From the NCBI GenBank assembly GCA_963728305.1, contig CAVSKE010000014.1, positions 142,374-206,373 on the forward strand: 64,000 nt of DNA. Direction: 5' to 3'. A program made the translations under genes and the position numbers. Source of the DNA: an uncultured Acidobacteriota bacterium (lineage in GTDB: Bacteria > Acidobacteriota > Vicinamibacteria > Vicinamibacterales > UBA2999). The notes beneath the pieces are model-generated. The model saw only the letters and a list, made by a program, of their open reading frames with translations, did no database searches and was not told the origin of the DNA. Positions 43,670-54,276 of this stretch are shown here, piece by piece. Numbering within the stretch: the stretch's first letter is position 1; each line of letters begins with the position of its first letter.

Positions 43670-45339
43670 CCTGGCTGCCCGCGTTGTCGTGTATCTGCTG
43701 TGCGGCGCCGCGAGCCTCGAGATCATTTCCGCGCAGGCCGCGAAGACCGCGATCCGGTTCAGCTCCCGCCGATCCGATCACGGTGGACGACGACACCGTG
43801 GCGGATGCCAGCGCGTTCGCCGAGGTGGAGCTGTCCGAAGGCTTCGACTTGATCTCGAATCAGTTTGGATCGCCAGGCGACCGGACGCCGATGCGGGCGC
43901 TCAACGTCAACACGATCGACGAGGTTCCCGATTCGAGCTGGTTCGTCAATCGCATCGGAGCACGGCCGATGCCGATCGGTGAAATTCTGCGAGGCGCCAA
44001 CACGTTCGACCCCGCCGAGGCGCGCGAGTGGGACCGGTGGACGATTGTGAGCGGCAAGGGCCCTGGCGGGTATCAACCCGGGTTCCGTGCGGAGCGTCCC
44101 GGCGATCCCGGGCAGATGTATCAACTCGAAGTCGATCCCACAGATCATCCTCGGCTTGCGACCGGCGCCGAGTTCATCGGCACCCTGATCTACCACGCGC
44201 TCGGCTACAACGTGCAGGACTTCTATCTGATCAAGGTCCACCCTCGGAACATCACCATCTCCGAGAAGGCGACGATTCGCGACGCGTCAGGCGAGCGGAA
44301 ATTCACGTCGCACGATCTTCAGAACATCCTGCGAGTGGCCGCCAGGGACGCGGACGGCCGAGTCTACATGTCCGCACAGAGGTACGAGGGCGAGGACGCC
44401 GGACACTTCGAGTATCACGGAACGAGAAGCGACGACCCCAACGATGTCTTCCCGCACGAGCATCGGCGGGAGCTGCGCGCCAACCGGGTCTTCGCCGCGT
44501 GGCTCGCTCATGATGATTCACGGGCGCTCAACACACGCAATGTCCGGATCGAGGCCGACGGACGGACCTACATCCGCCACTACATGCACGACTTCGGCGC
44601 GATCATGGGAAGCTCGACGCGGGCTCCGGAACCGCCGACCAGCAACCACGAATACTACGTAGAGAAGGGACTCAGCCTGAAACGGCTGTTGACGCTTGGC
44701 CTGGTCACGGAACCAGCAGCCTACCGCGTCAAAGGCCCCGACCCCGACTCCCTTCCGCCATCGGCGGGGTGGTTCGAGAGCGAGTCGTTCGTCCCGGATC
44801 AGTGGAAAGCCAACTATCCGAATCCGGCGTTCTCGAACATGCAGTCCGACGATGCGTTCTGGGGCGCGCGGCTCGTCTCCCGCTTCTCGGACGACATCAT
44901 CCGGGCCATCGTCCGGTCGGCTGGGTACGACGACCCGTCAGCTGTGGAATATCTGGCCAACACGCTCATCCGCCGACGCGACATCATCGCCCGCCAGTGG
45001 TTGAACGGCGTCAATCCGATCGTGGACGTGTCCCTCAGTCCCACGGGCACACTCACATTTTCCAACGCGGCCGTCGCCGCCCGTGTCGCGACGCACGGCG
45101 TCTACACGATTGCATGGGCCACCTTCGACAACGAATCGGGGGCAGCAGGCGAACGGGTCGCGGTCGAGAAGCAGACGGAGCCGAGGGGCACCGCGCCGGC
45201 CGTGCTGTTATCCAAGGCGGACTACATCGCCGCAACCATCTGGAGTGAGCATCCAGAGCGTCCGGGCTGGGCGACGCCGATCCGAGCCTATTTCAAGAAA
45301 GAAGGCGCGGCGTGGAAGACTGTTGGACTCGTTCGCTGA
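43659..45339 (+). CDS. secreted hypothetical protein with protein-kinase-like catalytic motifs, frame disruption near 43750
   Basis: ATG 43659 overlaps the barrel gene stop. Signal peptide MRFSLAARVVVYLLCGAASLEIISAQA. In-frame HDDSRALN (44509..44532, HxDxxxxN) followed 19 aa later by DFG (44590..44598). Confidence 0.4.
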
Positions 45340-45519
45340 CGGACGTCACCTCAACCATTGCACCCTCAGTACTGATTGCTCCCTTACGCATCCGAAGAAC
45401 GTGGTGCGCAGTTTCGTGTCAGCGCGCACATAGACCGCCCTTTTGGAGGGGCGCGGATTTCGCAGAAGCCTCCAGGTTCGAAACCGCGGGTCACTCACGC
45501 GCGGTTGGGAGGGTGCGAC

Positions 45520-46228
45520 ATGAATATCTGGACCGAGTTCAAGAACACGATTCTGCCCTGGGTGCTGGCCAGTGCGGTGGTCGCGTTCATGATCGCCGAG
45601 CATCGCCGGACGACCGGCGCGCTGCTCGACGCGAATACCCGTCTGTCGAATGCCGTGGAACAGCAAGGAAAAGCGCTCGACGGCGTCCGGGGCGCTCCTC
45701 GCCTCGCAAGGATACACACTGCCCCCTTTAACCAAACCGCAGTGATCAGCGGGCTTCGGGTGCCGGTGCACCTGACGTCACGCGAAGCACTGCGGATGTT
45801 CGACCTCGCCGATATCTGGGCGGCACGCACCGGTCACGACGTGCGCCTGGTGTCGGCGAACGATCACGTGCACAGCCGGGGCTCGGCGCATTACGACGGC
45901 AAGGCGCTCGACTTCCAGTCGTCCGATATGGACGCGTTGTCAGCGACCTTCCGTCAGGCGGGCTATCGCGTGCTGTGGAAAGTGCCCGGTCACTACGGGC
46001 ACGTGCATGTGGAAGAGGCGGACGGCAGGCCCTCGCCTCGTTCCGATTCCTATGGGCGACGGTGGCACGTCACGCCTCGGCCGACGGTCGCGCGCGAGCT
46101 CGCGCATCGGCGGATAAACAACCATCGTGTGATGGTCGCCGACCATTTCGATGGTCGCGACCATCACACGACCGTCACCTCACCGTCGTGTGACCTCCTT
46201 CATATTGACGGCTCGCGGCACAGGCATA
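45520..46228 (+). CDS. membrane-anchored LAS/M15-type zinc peptidase (3' end undefined; no stop before the next gene as assembled)
   Basis: GGGAGGG upstream of ATG 45520. TM segment ILPWVLASAVVAFMIA. SRGSAHYDGKALDF (Hx6D) and GHYGHVHVE (HxH) zinc-ligand motifs. Coding character is lost after about 46040. Confidence 0.5.
46121..46180. repeat. nested palindromes built from ACCAT/ATGGT units
   Basis: ACCATCGTGTGATGGTCGCCGACCATTTCGATGGTCGCGACCATCACAC. Contains palindromes ATGGTCGCCGACCAT and ATGGTCGCGACCAT inside an outer GTGTGATGGTCGC/GCGACCATCACAC inverted repeat. Confidence 0.5.
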
Positions 46229-46602
46229 ATGTGCCCCAGGAAGATTCACCGACACCTACGCTGGGGGCCGCGCTGCTGATGCTGTCCGCAGGCGCCGTTC
46301 TCACCAACGCGCAATCCCCCGCAACACTCCCGGCCGATCTCGATCCGGATTCGCGGGCGCGCCTCCCCTATCTGAAACGCACCGACATGGACGAGGCGAG
46401 CCAGAAGATCTTCGATACCGTGATTCGCTTTGGCCGTCAGCTCTTTCACGACAACAAGATGGAATCGGCGACCTTCGCGAAAGCCGTCCAGCTGTTTGGC
46501 AAGAAGGGCGCGATGGATCTGGTGGCGGTCATGAGCACGTACGTGGTCAGCGGCTTCTATGCCACCGCCGTGGACGAGCATATGCCTCCGGGACGTCCCT
46601 GA
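46229..46602 (+). pseudogene. carboxymuconolactone-decarboxylase (AhpD-like) family remnant: frame-shifted start and apparent internal deletion
   Basis: ATG 46229 (MCPRKIHRHLR), then after a shift LGAALLMLSAGAVLTNAQSPATLPADLDPDSRARLPYLKRTDMDEASQKIFDTV. This joins directly to IRFGRQLFHDNKMESATFAKAVQLFGKKGAMDLVAVMSTY. Only about 124 aa, versus the roughly 180-190 aa I recall for this family. Confidence 0.4.
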
Positions 46603-46634
46603 CAGGGAACGCGCCGCGCGCGAACGGACGGGGC

Positions 46635-46802
46635 TCAGGTGGTCTGACGAGACTCCTGAGTCCGACGCTGCATTTCGGCCTGGCCGCGAAGGATGGAGCA
46701 CCAGTCCTTGTGTTCGGCCACCGGCATGCCGCACTCGACGCAGACGCGCACTCGCGGCTTTGGCGGCTCGTCTTTCCCTAACAGTCGCTTCAGAAATGAC
46801 AC
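46635..46802 (-). CDS. small hypothetical protein (55 aa) with a CxxC motif
   Basis: GTG 46802 with GGGAGG upstream: VSFLKRLLGKDEPPKPRVRVCVECGMPVAEHKDWCSILRGQAEMQRRTQESRQTT. Confidence 0.4.
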   Translation of the reverse strand: MSFLKRLLGKDEPPKPRVRVCVECGMPVAEHKDWCSILRGQAEMQRRTQESRQTT

Positions 46803-46921
46803 CCCAACCTCCCTGCCGAATCCCCCGGGCTCCAACGCCCTTGGCCGATTGATACGTTGGACGGCGCGGTCAGGTTCATGGTTGGCTGCCGGGGGTTTGA
46901 TAGGATCCCTGAGGCTTCTCG

Positions 46922-48917
46922 ATGCCGCCACGCATCGCCACGATCGCCGTTCTGCTGACCCTGACGGCCGTCTCTGCCGTCGCCGATCGGTCTTACACCG
47001 ACCCGCCTCGAGGGTCTCACTGCGATTGCGCCAACGGGACTCTGCCCGCTCGATTCGAACGGACGACGCTGCTCGTGCGGATGCGCGAAGCGTGCCGACG
47101 TGCAGCCGCCGCCGGCCCGACTCGAAGCACTGGCCGAGACGACGTGCACCAACGGATTCGCGGGACCGTATCCGTGCCGCGACGTCGACCTGCTGTCGTT
47201 CCTCCCGCACGCAGAGATCGGCGGCGGCAGCGGCAACGACATCTGGGGCTGGACCGATCCGGAGACCGGCCGCGAGTACGCGCTGGTCGGTCGCTCGACC
47301 GGGCACCGCGTTCGTGGACATCTCGAACCCGAGCCAGCCGGTCTATGTCGGCGACCTGCCGACCCACACGGTGCCCTCGTCCGTGGCGCGGCATCAAGGT
47401 CTTCGCCAATCACGCCTTCATCGTCAGCGAAGCGGTCGACCACGGCATGCAGGTCTTCGATCTGACGCAGCTTCGCAACGTCACGGCGCCGCCGGTGACC
47501 TTCAGCGAGACCGCGCACTACGCAGGCTTCGGCTCGACCCACACGCTGGCGCTCAACACGCGCACCGGATTCGCCTACGCCGTCGGCACGCGCACGTGCG
47601 AAGGCGGCCTGCACGTCGTCGACGTCCGCACGCCGGCGTCGCCGCGCGCCGCCGGGTGCTTCAGCTTCGACGGCTACACGCACGAGACGCAGTGCGTCGT
47701 CTACCAGGGGCCCGGACACGGTGTATCGCGATCGTGAGATCTGCCTCAACTCGAACGAGGACACGCTGACGATCGTCGATGCCACCGACAAGCTCGAACA
47801 GGTCGCAGCTGTCGCGGACCGGATACGGCGGCAGCGCCTACACGCACCAGGGATGGCTCACCGACGATCAGCGGTTCTTCCTGGTCAACGACGAAGGCGA
47901 CGAGCAGGCGTTCAGGCATCGCACGCGAACATGGATCTGGGACGTGTCCGATCTCGACGCCCCGGTGCTGCTGACCTATTACGACGGCCCGACATCGTCG
48001 ATCGATCACAACCTGTACGTGCGCGGGAATCTGGTCTACGAGTCGAACTACCGCAGCGGACTGCGCGTGCTCGACGCCACCGAGATCGCGCAGGGCGCGC
48101 TGCGCGAGGTCGGCTTCTTCGACATCTATCCGTCGACGACGACCCCAGCTTCAACGGCGCGTGGACGTCGTATCCGTTCTTCGCCAGCGGCGTCGGTGAT
48201 CGTCAACGGCATCGAACAGGGCCTGTTCGTCGTCCGGCCGCGCGCGATTCCACAGGGGCTGCCGACCGGCCTGTCTGTCACGATCAACGGCCCGGCGACA
48301 GCTGCGCCGGGCGAAGACGTCGTCATTCGTCGTCAGCGTCGCCAACCATGGACCCGGGCGCCGGTCCGGGATACGCGTGATCGAGATGCCGCCGTCGGGC
48401 GCGTCGCTGCTGTCGGCTCGCCCGTCGCAGGGGGCGTGCTCGACGAGCGCGGTGGCCACGTGCGAGCTCGGAAGCCTCGCACCTGGTGCGGAAGCGTTCA
48501 TCGTCGTCACGATACGCGCGACGACCGAAGGCGATGTGTTCAGCAGTGCGATTGCGAGCGGCAGCTCGGATGATCGATTGGTCAACGACAGTCAGACGGT
48601 CGAGACGACCACGAGAGATCGTCCGCCACCCGCCGTCGCTGACGCTGCGCCGGCCGGCGAGCGACACGCTGTTCCGGCTCGGGCGCAACAACACCGTGCA
48701 GTGGACGCTGCGTGGCGTCACCGGCGGCGTCAGCGTCGATCTGTCGCGCGATGACGGCGCGACGTGGACGAGACTCGGCGACGAGGCGGAGAACATCGGC
48801 TTCTACGATTGGACCGGGATCGGCACCGTGTCGTCGCGCGCGAAGATCCGCGTCACCAGCGTCACGAATCCGGCGTTGACGCAAACCTCACCGAGTTTTT
48901 CGATCGTCGCCCGGTAG
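46922..48917 (+). CDS. choice-of-anchor-B-type secreted protein with DUF11-like and C-terminal Ig-like domains, many frame disruptions
   Basis: Signal peptide MPPRIATIAVLLTLTAVSAVA. CTNGFAGPYPCRDVDLLSFLPHAEIGGGSGNDIWGWTDPETGREYALVG (ORF 47100..). KVFANHAFIVSEAVDHGMQVFDLTQLR. YTHQGWLTDDQRFFLVNDEGDE...NLYVRGNLVYESNYRSGLRVLD (ORF 47779..). C-terminus in ORF 48486..48917. Confidence 0.65.
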
Positions 48918-48927
48918 CCGCCTGTCC

Positions 48928-48952
48928 GCGCCGGCTGAAGCCTGCGCTCTAC
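48928..48952 (-). repeat. REP-like hairpin with GTAG head between convergent genes
   Basis: Reverse complement GTAGA-GCGCAGGC-TTCA-GCCGGCGC (7 of 8 stem pairs). Confidence 0.5.
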
Positions 48953-48962
48953 GGCGTGCGCG

Positions 48963-49669
48963 CTACTTCAACACGACGGTCACCGTCGCACGGGCACGGA
49001 TTTCCATCTGCCCCGCTGAGATCGGCGGCGCGAGGTCCGCCGCATTGGCCTGCGCGGCCTGGCGCATCATGCGCACGGGCATCGGCGGCACGTCGACGCC
49101 CTGCTCCTCCACGCGCAGGATGCGATCGACGCTGCGGCCGGCGCCTGCAGCGGCGGCATCGGCTTTGGCCCGCGCGTCGAGCACGGCCAGCCGCAGCGCC
49201 TCGCGTTCGAGCTTCGCCTGGTCCTTCAGATCGAATCTGATGCCACCGAGCGCTGTCGCACCGGCGCCCAGCGGCAATCTCGAGCATCTCGCCGACCCGA
49301 TCGATCGAATCAACGCGCACCTCAATCGTGTTCCGCGCCACATATCCGCGGCCCACTCGCTTGTTGTTCACGAAGTCCCACTCGTACTGCACGTCGTAGG
49401 CGAGTCGTGCGAATCGCCTCGGCCGGAATGCCGGCGGCGCGCAGCTTGTCCTGCACCGGCCGCATCGCTTCGGCATTCAGACGCTGCGCCTCGCGCGGGC
49501 TCGGGGCGCGCGACTCGGCGCTGATGGTGATCCACGCCCGATCGGGCACGGCCAGGACCACGCCCTGACCCGATGCGACCACCATGGGTTCGGCAGGAAC
49601 CGACGGCTGCTGCGCGGCAGCCGCGGAGGCCAAAGTCATCAGCAACACGAACATGAGCATGTGTCTCAC
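48963..49669 (-). CDS. SIMPL-domain (DUF541) periplasmic protein, at least 2 frame disruptions
   Basis: Signal peptide MRHMLMFVLLMTLASAAAAQ. VVASGQGVVLAVPDRAWITISAESRAPSPREAQRLNAEAM. GYVARNTIEVRVDSIDRVGEML. C-terminus IRFDLKDQAKLEREALRLAVLDARAKADAAAAGAG...ISAGQMEIRARATVTVVLK. Confidence 0.7.
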
Positions 49670-49755
49670 GGTGGGCTCCCTGATCGATTCTCAACTCGCT
49701 GATCGATTCTGCACGCGAAACCCTCGGTCGAGGTAGACAATTTCAAACGACGTGC

Positions 49756-49771
49756 TGGCGAACCGCTTGCT
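49756..49771 (+). promoter_or_regulatory. sigma-54-type -24/-12 promoter element upstream of OmpA paralogue A
   Basis: TGGCGAACCGCTTGCT fits TGGCACG-N4-TTGCW spacing exactly (GG and GC 10 nt apart). An identical 17-mer recurs at 51449. Confidence 0.5.
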
Positions 49772-49784
49772 TCTGTCATGGAGC

Positions 49785-51382
49785 ATGATCGCTCGCTCGA
49801 CGATCGTTGCCGCTCTCCTCTGTGCGTTGCTCAGTCACACCTCACTGGCGCAGGTCGGCTCAGGCCCGCCGCAGCCTGCACGCGAAGCATCGGTGCCGAT
49901 TTATCGCATCACCGTCGTTGGCCGGACGACGGCGGCGATCAACTATCGACGGCAGCGGCGACACCAAAGTGAACTTCGTCGGCACCGCGCTGCTTCCAGA
50001 TGCTCGCGGCGTTGCGGAGATCTCTCCGAAGAACGGTCACACCGAGATCGACGCGCGGTTTTACGGCATGCAGACGGCCGACACGGTTTGGTAGCGAGTA
50101 CCTCACCTACGTGCTGTGGGCCATCACGCCGGAAGGTCGTCCGAGGAATCTTGGCGAGGTGCAGTTCACCGGGCAGGACGTCCGCAAGCAGGTCACGACC
50201 GAACTACAGGCGTTCGCGCTGATCGTTACAGCTGAACCGTACTTCGCGGTGACACAACCCAGCGACGTCGTCGTCATGGAAAACGCGGTGCGGCGCGACA
50301 CCACGCGGCAAGGTCGAACTGGTGCAGGCCAGATACGAGCTGCTCCCACGCGGTTCGTACTTGATGAACCGCCCGTACCGAGTTCACGCCGAAACCGCTC
50401 GAGCCCGGCATGCCGCTCGACCTCGCCGAGGCACGCAATGCGGTCGAACTCGCACGCATGGCCGGCGCGGATCGTTATGCGGCAGACACCTTCACGAAAG
50501 CCGCGCGCCTGCTCGCCGAAGCGGAGACCGCTCGCCAGAAACGACGCTCCAAGAACGACGTGATTTCCTCGGCTCGTCAGTCCGCGCAGACGTCCGAGGA
50601 CGCACGCCTGATCGCGGTGACACGCCAGAACGAGGAATACACGGCGAAGCAGACCGCCCTGGCCGACGATCGGGGCCGGCAAGCGCTCGAGGAGCGCCTG
50701 CGTGCGGACCGCGAGGCGCTGATCGCCGCACAGGCAAAGGCCGAGCCGAGCGTGAGGCGCTGAACGCCGCCAGGCGAAGGCCGGGCCGAGCGCGAAGCGC
50801 AGAACGCCGCGCAGGCACACGCGGACGTCGAACGTGAACGGAACGACGTCGCTCGCGTGCGGGATGAATTGCAGCAGGCGCGTCTCGAGACGCTGAAAGC
50901 GCAGGCGGCTGCCGCGGTCGCCGAACAGGAGAAGAATGTGCTGCGGAATCAGTTGCGCGAGCAGCTGAATATGTTCCTGGAGACACGCGAGTCTGCACGC
51001 GGGCTGATCATGATGGTGCCGGACGTCCTGTTCGAGACCGGCAGTGCGCGACTGACCACCGCCGCTCGCGAAAAGCTGGCGCGCGTTTCAGGGATCTTGG
51101 CTGCTCAACCGGATCTGCACATCCTGATCGAGGGACACACCGATAACGTCGGCGGCGTCGAACGCAATCAGCGATTCTCGGACCAGCGGGCGCAGGCGGT
51201 CTTCTCCTATCTCGTGCAGCAGAAGATCCCGCTCACCGCCCTCGATGTGGCCGGGTTCGGCGAAACTCGGCCGGTCGCCTCGAACGACACGACGGAAGGA
51301 CGCCAGCAGAACCGTCGAGTTCGAGTTGGTGGTCAGCGGTGAATCGATCGGTAGTCCCGTTCCCATTGATTCACCACAGTAG
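49785..51382 (+). CDS. OmpA-family envelope protein (beta-domain, DUF4398-like helix, coiled coil, OmpA_C), paralogue A, several frame disruptions
   Basis: Signal peptide [88 protein letters not shown]. OmpA_C block LIMMVPDVLFETGSARLT...HILIEGHTDNVGG...NQRFSDQRAQAV...[21 protein letters not shown]. Confidence 0.7.
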
Positions 51383-51398
51383 TGCTCTTGAGCGTCCG

Positions 51399-51423
51399 GT
51401 AGAGGCGGGTCGTCAGACCCGGC
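51399..51423 (+). repeat. REP-like hairpin with GTAG head
   Basis: GTAGA-GGCGGGTC-GTCA-GACCCGGC, between the two OmpA paralogues. Confidence 0.45.
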
Positions 51424-51448
51424 GGTGTTTTCACACCTCGCCCGCGAG

Positions 51449-51465
51449 TGGCGAACCGCTTGCTT
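51449..51465 (+). promoter_or_regulatory. sigma-54-type -24/-12 promoter element upstream of OmpA paralogue B
   Basis: TGGCGAACCGCTTGCTT, identical to 49756.. and 31 nt upstream of ATG 51496 (GAGGGA Shine-Dalgarno in between). Confidence 0.55.
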
Positions 51466-51495
51466 AGATCCCCTTCGGAGAGAAGAGGGAGACTC

Positions 51496-53143
51496 ATGAA
51501 ACTCATCACCGTACTGCTGATCGGCTTACTCGCAGCACCGGCGTTCGCACAAGTGGCGACACCGCCCGCTCAGCCGTCGGATGTCAACACGCCCGCTCCG
51601 CTGTTCCGCGTGACCGTGGTTGGCCGCACGACCGCCGCGATCAACTATCGGCCGCGCAGCGGTGAGACCAAGGTGGATCTGGTCGGCACGGCGCTGTTGC
51701 CCGAGGCACGTGGTTACGCGGAAGTGTCCGGCGAAAAAGGCTACATCGAGATCGACGCACGCTTCAGACAGATGCAGCCGGCGACGCGTTTCGGCGCCGA
51801 GTACCTCACCTACGTGCTCTGGGCGATCACGCCCGAAGGCCGCGCCAAGAATCTCGGCGAAGTCCAGATCGACGATGACGACGCGCGCGTTCAGGTGACG
51901 ACGGAGTTCCAGGCGTTCGCGCTTGATCGTGACCGCCGAGCCGTACTTCGCGGTGACGCAGCCGAGCGACGTCGTCGTCATGGAAAACATGGTGCGCGAC
52001 GACACCAAGGGCAAGGTCGAGACCGTGCAAGCGAAGTACGAGCTGCTGAAACGCGGTTCGTACCTGATGAACCAGAGTGCCAACTTCAAGGTGAAGCCGC
52101 TCGAGCCAGGCGCACCGCTCGATCTGGCCGAGGCGCGGAACGCGGTGGAGCTGGCACGTCTCGCCGGCGCGGATCGATACGCCGCCGATTCATTCGCCAA
52201 GGCCCAGAAGCTGCTGATTGACGCCGAAGTCGCGCGCGAGAAGCGCAAGCGAGGCAACGACGTCATGATGCCGGCACGTCAGGCGGCGCAGACCGCGGAG
52301 GATGCACGGCTCATCGCGCTGCAGCGGCAGGAAGAGGAGTTCCAGGCGCAGCAGCGCGCGCTCGCCGCGCAGCGCGAACGAGAGGCGCTGGATCGCGCGC
52401 AGGCGGAGCGCGAACGCGCTCAGGCCGAGCGCGAGCGGGCGATGGCAGAAGAAGCCCGGCGTCGACAGGCGGAGCTCGACGTGCAGGCTGCTACCGCCGC
52501 GCGCGCGGCCGCAGAACGCGAGCGGCTCGACATCGAGCGTTCGCGTCAGGAAGCGCTGAAGGCGCAGTCCGACGCCGAGCAGGCGCGCGCCGCGGCGGAG
52601 GCGGCCAGGCTTGCTGCCGATGCCCAGGCCGAGCAGGCGCGCGCGCAGGCGCAGCAGGCTCAGGCGGCTGTCGCCCAGGCCGAGCAGGAAAAGAACGCGC
52701 TGCGTGAGCGGCTTCGCGAGCAGCTCAGTGTCGTGCTCGAGACGCGTGAGACGGCGCGCGGCCTCATCGTGAACGTCTCCGACGTGCTGTTCGACACCGG
52801 CAGCGCGACGCTGAAGCCCGGCGCGCGCGAGAAGCTGGCTCGCGTCGCCGGCATCCTCGCGTCACATCCGGATCTGAAGATCGAGATCGAGGGACATACC
52901 GACAGCGTTGGCGGCGACGACTACAACCAGCGGCTGTCCGAACGCCGGGCCGAATCGGTCCGCACGTATCTCGTGCAGCAGAAGATCCCGCCGACCACTG
53001 TCGACGCAGAAGGGTTCGGCGAGAGCCGGCCGGTGGCGAGCAACGATACCTCGGCTGGCCGTCAGCAGAATCGCCGCGTCGAGCTCGTCGTCAGCGGCGA
53101 ATCCATCGGGCGCACCGCGCGTCGACCGCCCGCCGGGCAATAG
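51496..53143 (+). CDS. OmpA-family envelope protein, paralogue B, one frame disruption near 51925
   Basis: Signal peptide [19 protein letters not shown]. Same domain order as paralogue A. Long E/R/A/Q coiled coil. Omp[23 protein letters not shown]...[27 protein letters not shown]...[27 protein letters not shown]. Confidence 0.75.
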
Positions 53144-53296
53144 CGCCCTGCCAGCGCGCGCATCCAGCGCGCGGGCCCGCGTGCTGCGCCCGCCGACGCC
53201 CTAGGCTGTGGCGCGGCGCACGCACGCGGGCCGCGTCTGGACTCGTCTCACGCCTGAGAGATGCCAGCGGACACGAAACCGCTGTAGATTCGGCGG

Positions 53297-54261
53297 GTGG
53301 CCTCGCGTGTCAAAGCCGGTTTCGTGCAGCCGATGCTGCTGCTGCCCACCGAGAAGCTGCCCGACGATCTGCACGCGCTGGTCGTATCAGTTGAAATTCG
53401 ACGGCTACCGTGCCATCGCCTTCAAGACCGGCGGCAGGGTGCACCTGCGCTCACGCAACGACAACGACTTCACGCCCCGCTATCCGGCCGTTGTCCGTGG
53501 TGTGTCGAATATGCCGAACGACACGGTCCTCGATGGCGAACTCGTCGCGCTCGACATTCACGGGCGGCCGTCTTTCAATGCGTTGCAGAACGTCACACCG
53601 GGTGCGCAGGTCGTTTACTACGTGTTCGACGTGATGGTGCTGGACGGACGCGACGTGACCGGCTGACCCGCTCGACGAGCGGCAGGCATTGTTGGAACGT
53701 ACGGTGCTGCCGACCCTGGCTGACCCCGTTCGATACACCGGTGAGCTCCAGGCGAATCTGCGCGACTTGATCCACTCGGTGAAGACCCAGGGCCTGGAAG
53801 GCCTCGTGGCGAAGCGCCGCACCAGCAGATACGAGCCGGGGCTACGCTCAGGCGCGTGGATGAAGATGCGCGTCAATCGCGGTCAGGAGTTCGTGATCGG
53901 CGGCTACACGCTCGGCACGAAAACGTTCGACGCGCTGGTGATCGGGTACTACGATGGCGATCGGTTGATTTACGCGGCACGCACCAGAAACGGGTTCACG
54001 CCGGCTGCACGCGAACAGCTGTTCAGGAGGTTTGCACGACTGCAGACGACCGGGTGCCCGTTCGCCAATCTCCCCGAGGCCAAGAGCGGCCGATGGGGAG
54101 AGGGCCTCACGCGGGCGAAGATGGCCGAGTGCCGCTGGCTGAAGCCGGAGCTGGTAGGTCAGTTCGAATTCGTGGAATGGACGCCGGACAACCATCTCCG
54201 GCACTCGAGGTTCGTGGCTCTGCGTGAGGACACGCCGGCGCGGAACGTCAGGCGCGAGTGA
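53297..54261 (+). CDS. ATP-dependent DNA ligase (LigD ligase-domain type), two frame disruptions
   Basis: GFVQPMLLLPTEKLPDD; adenylation motif YQLKFDGYRAIAF; DGELVALD; GLEGLVAKRRTSRYEPG.RSGAWMKMR; OB-fold part FEFVEWTPDNHLRHSRFVALRED. Confidence 0.75.
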
Positions 54262-54276
54262 ACGCGCCTGACGTTC
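54243..54276. terminator. 14-bp perfect-stem hairpin between convergent genes (bidirectional terminator candidate)
   Basis: GAACGTCAGGCGCG-AGTGAA-CGCGCCTGACGTTC. The ligase stop codon lies in the loop. Confidence 0.55.

Noticed and set aside
45465-45500. GGTTCGAAACC-like sequence checked as a tRNA T-arm
   Set aside because: The flanking bases do not form a T-stem, and no acceptor or anticodon arms can be drawn. I found no tRNA anywhere in the window by eye.
45520-46060. M15/LAS peptidase considered as a prophage endolysin marking a mobile element
   Set aside because: There are no capsid, tail, integrase, holin or recombinase genes nearby and no att-like direct repeats. The N-terminal TM anchor fits a housekeeping cell-wall peptidase equally well.
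46693-47791. ORFs 46693..47769(+) and 46790..47791(-), 358 and 333 aa
   Set aside because: They are off-frame or antisense to the choice-of-anchor-B gene, whose conserved blocks are found in the remaining frames. They have no protein-like features.
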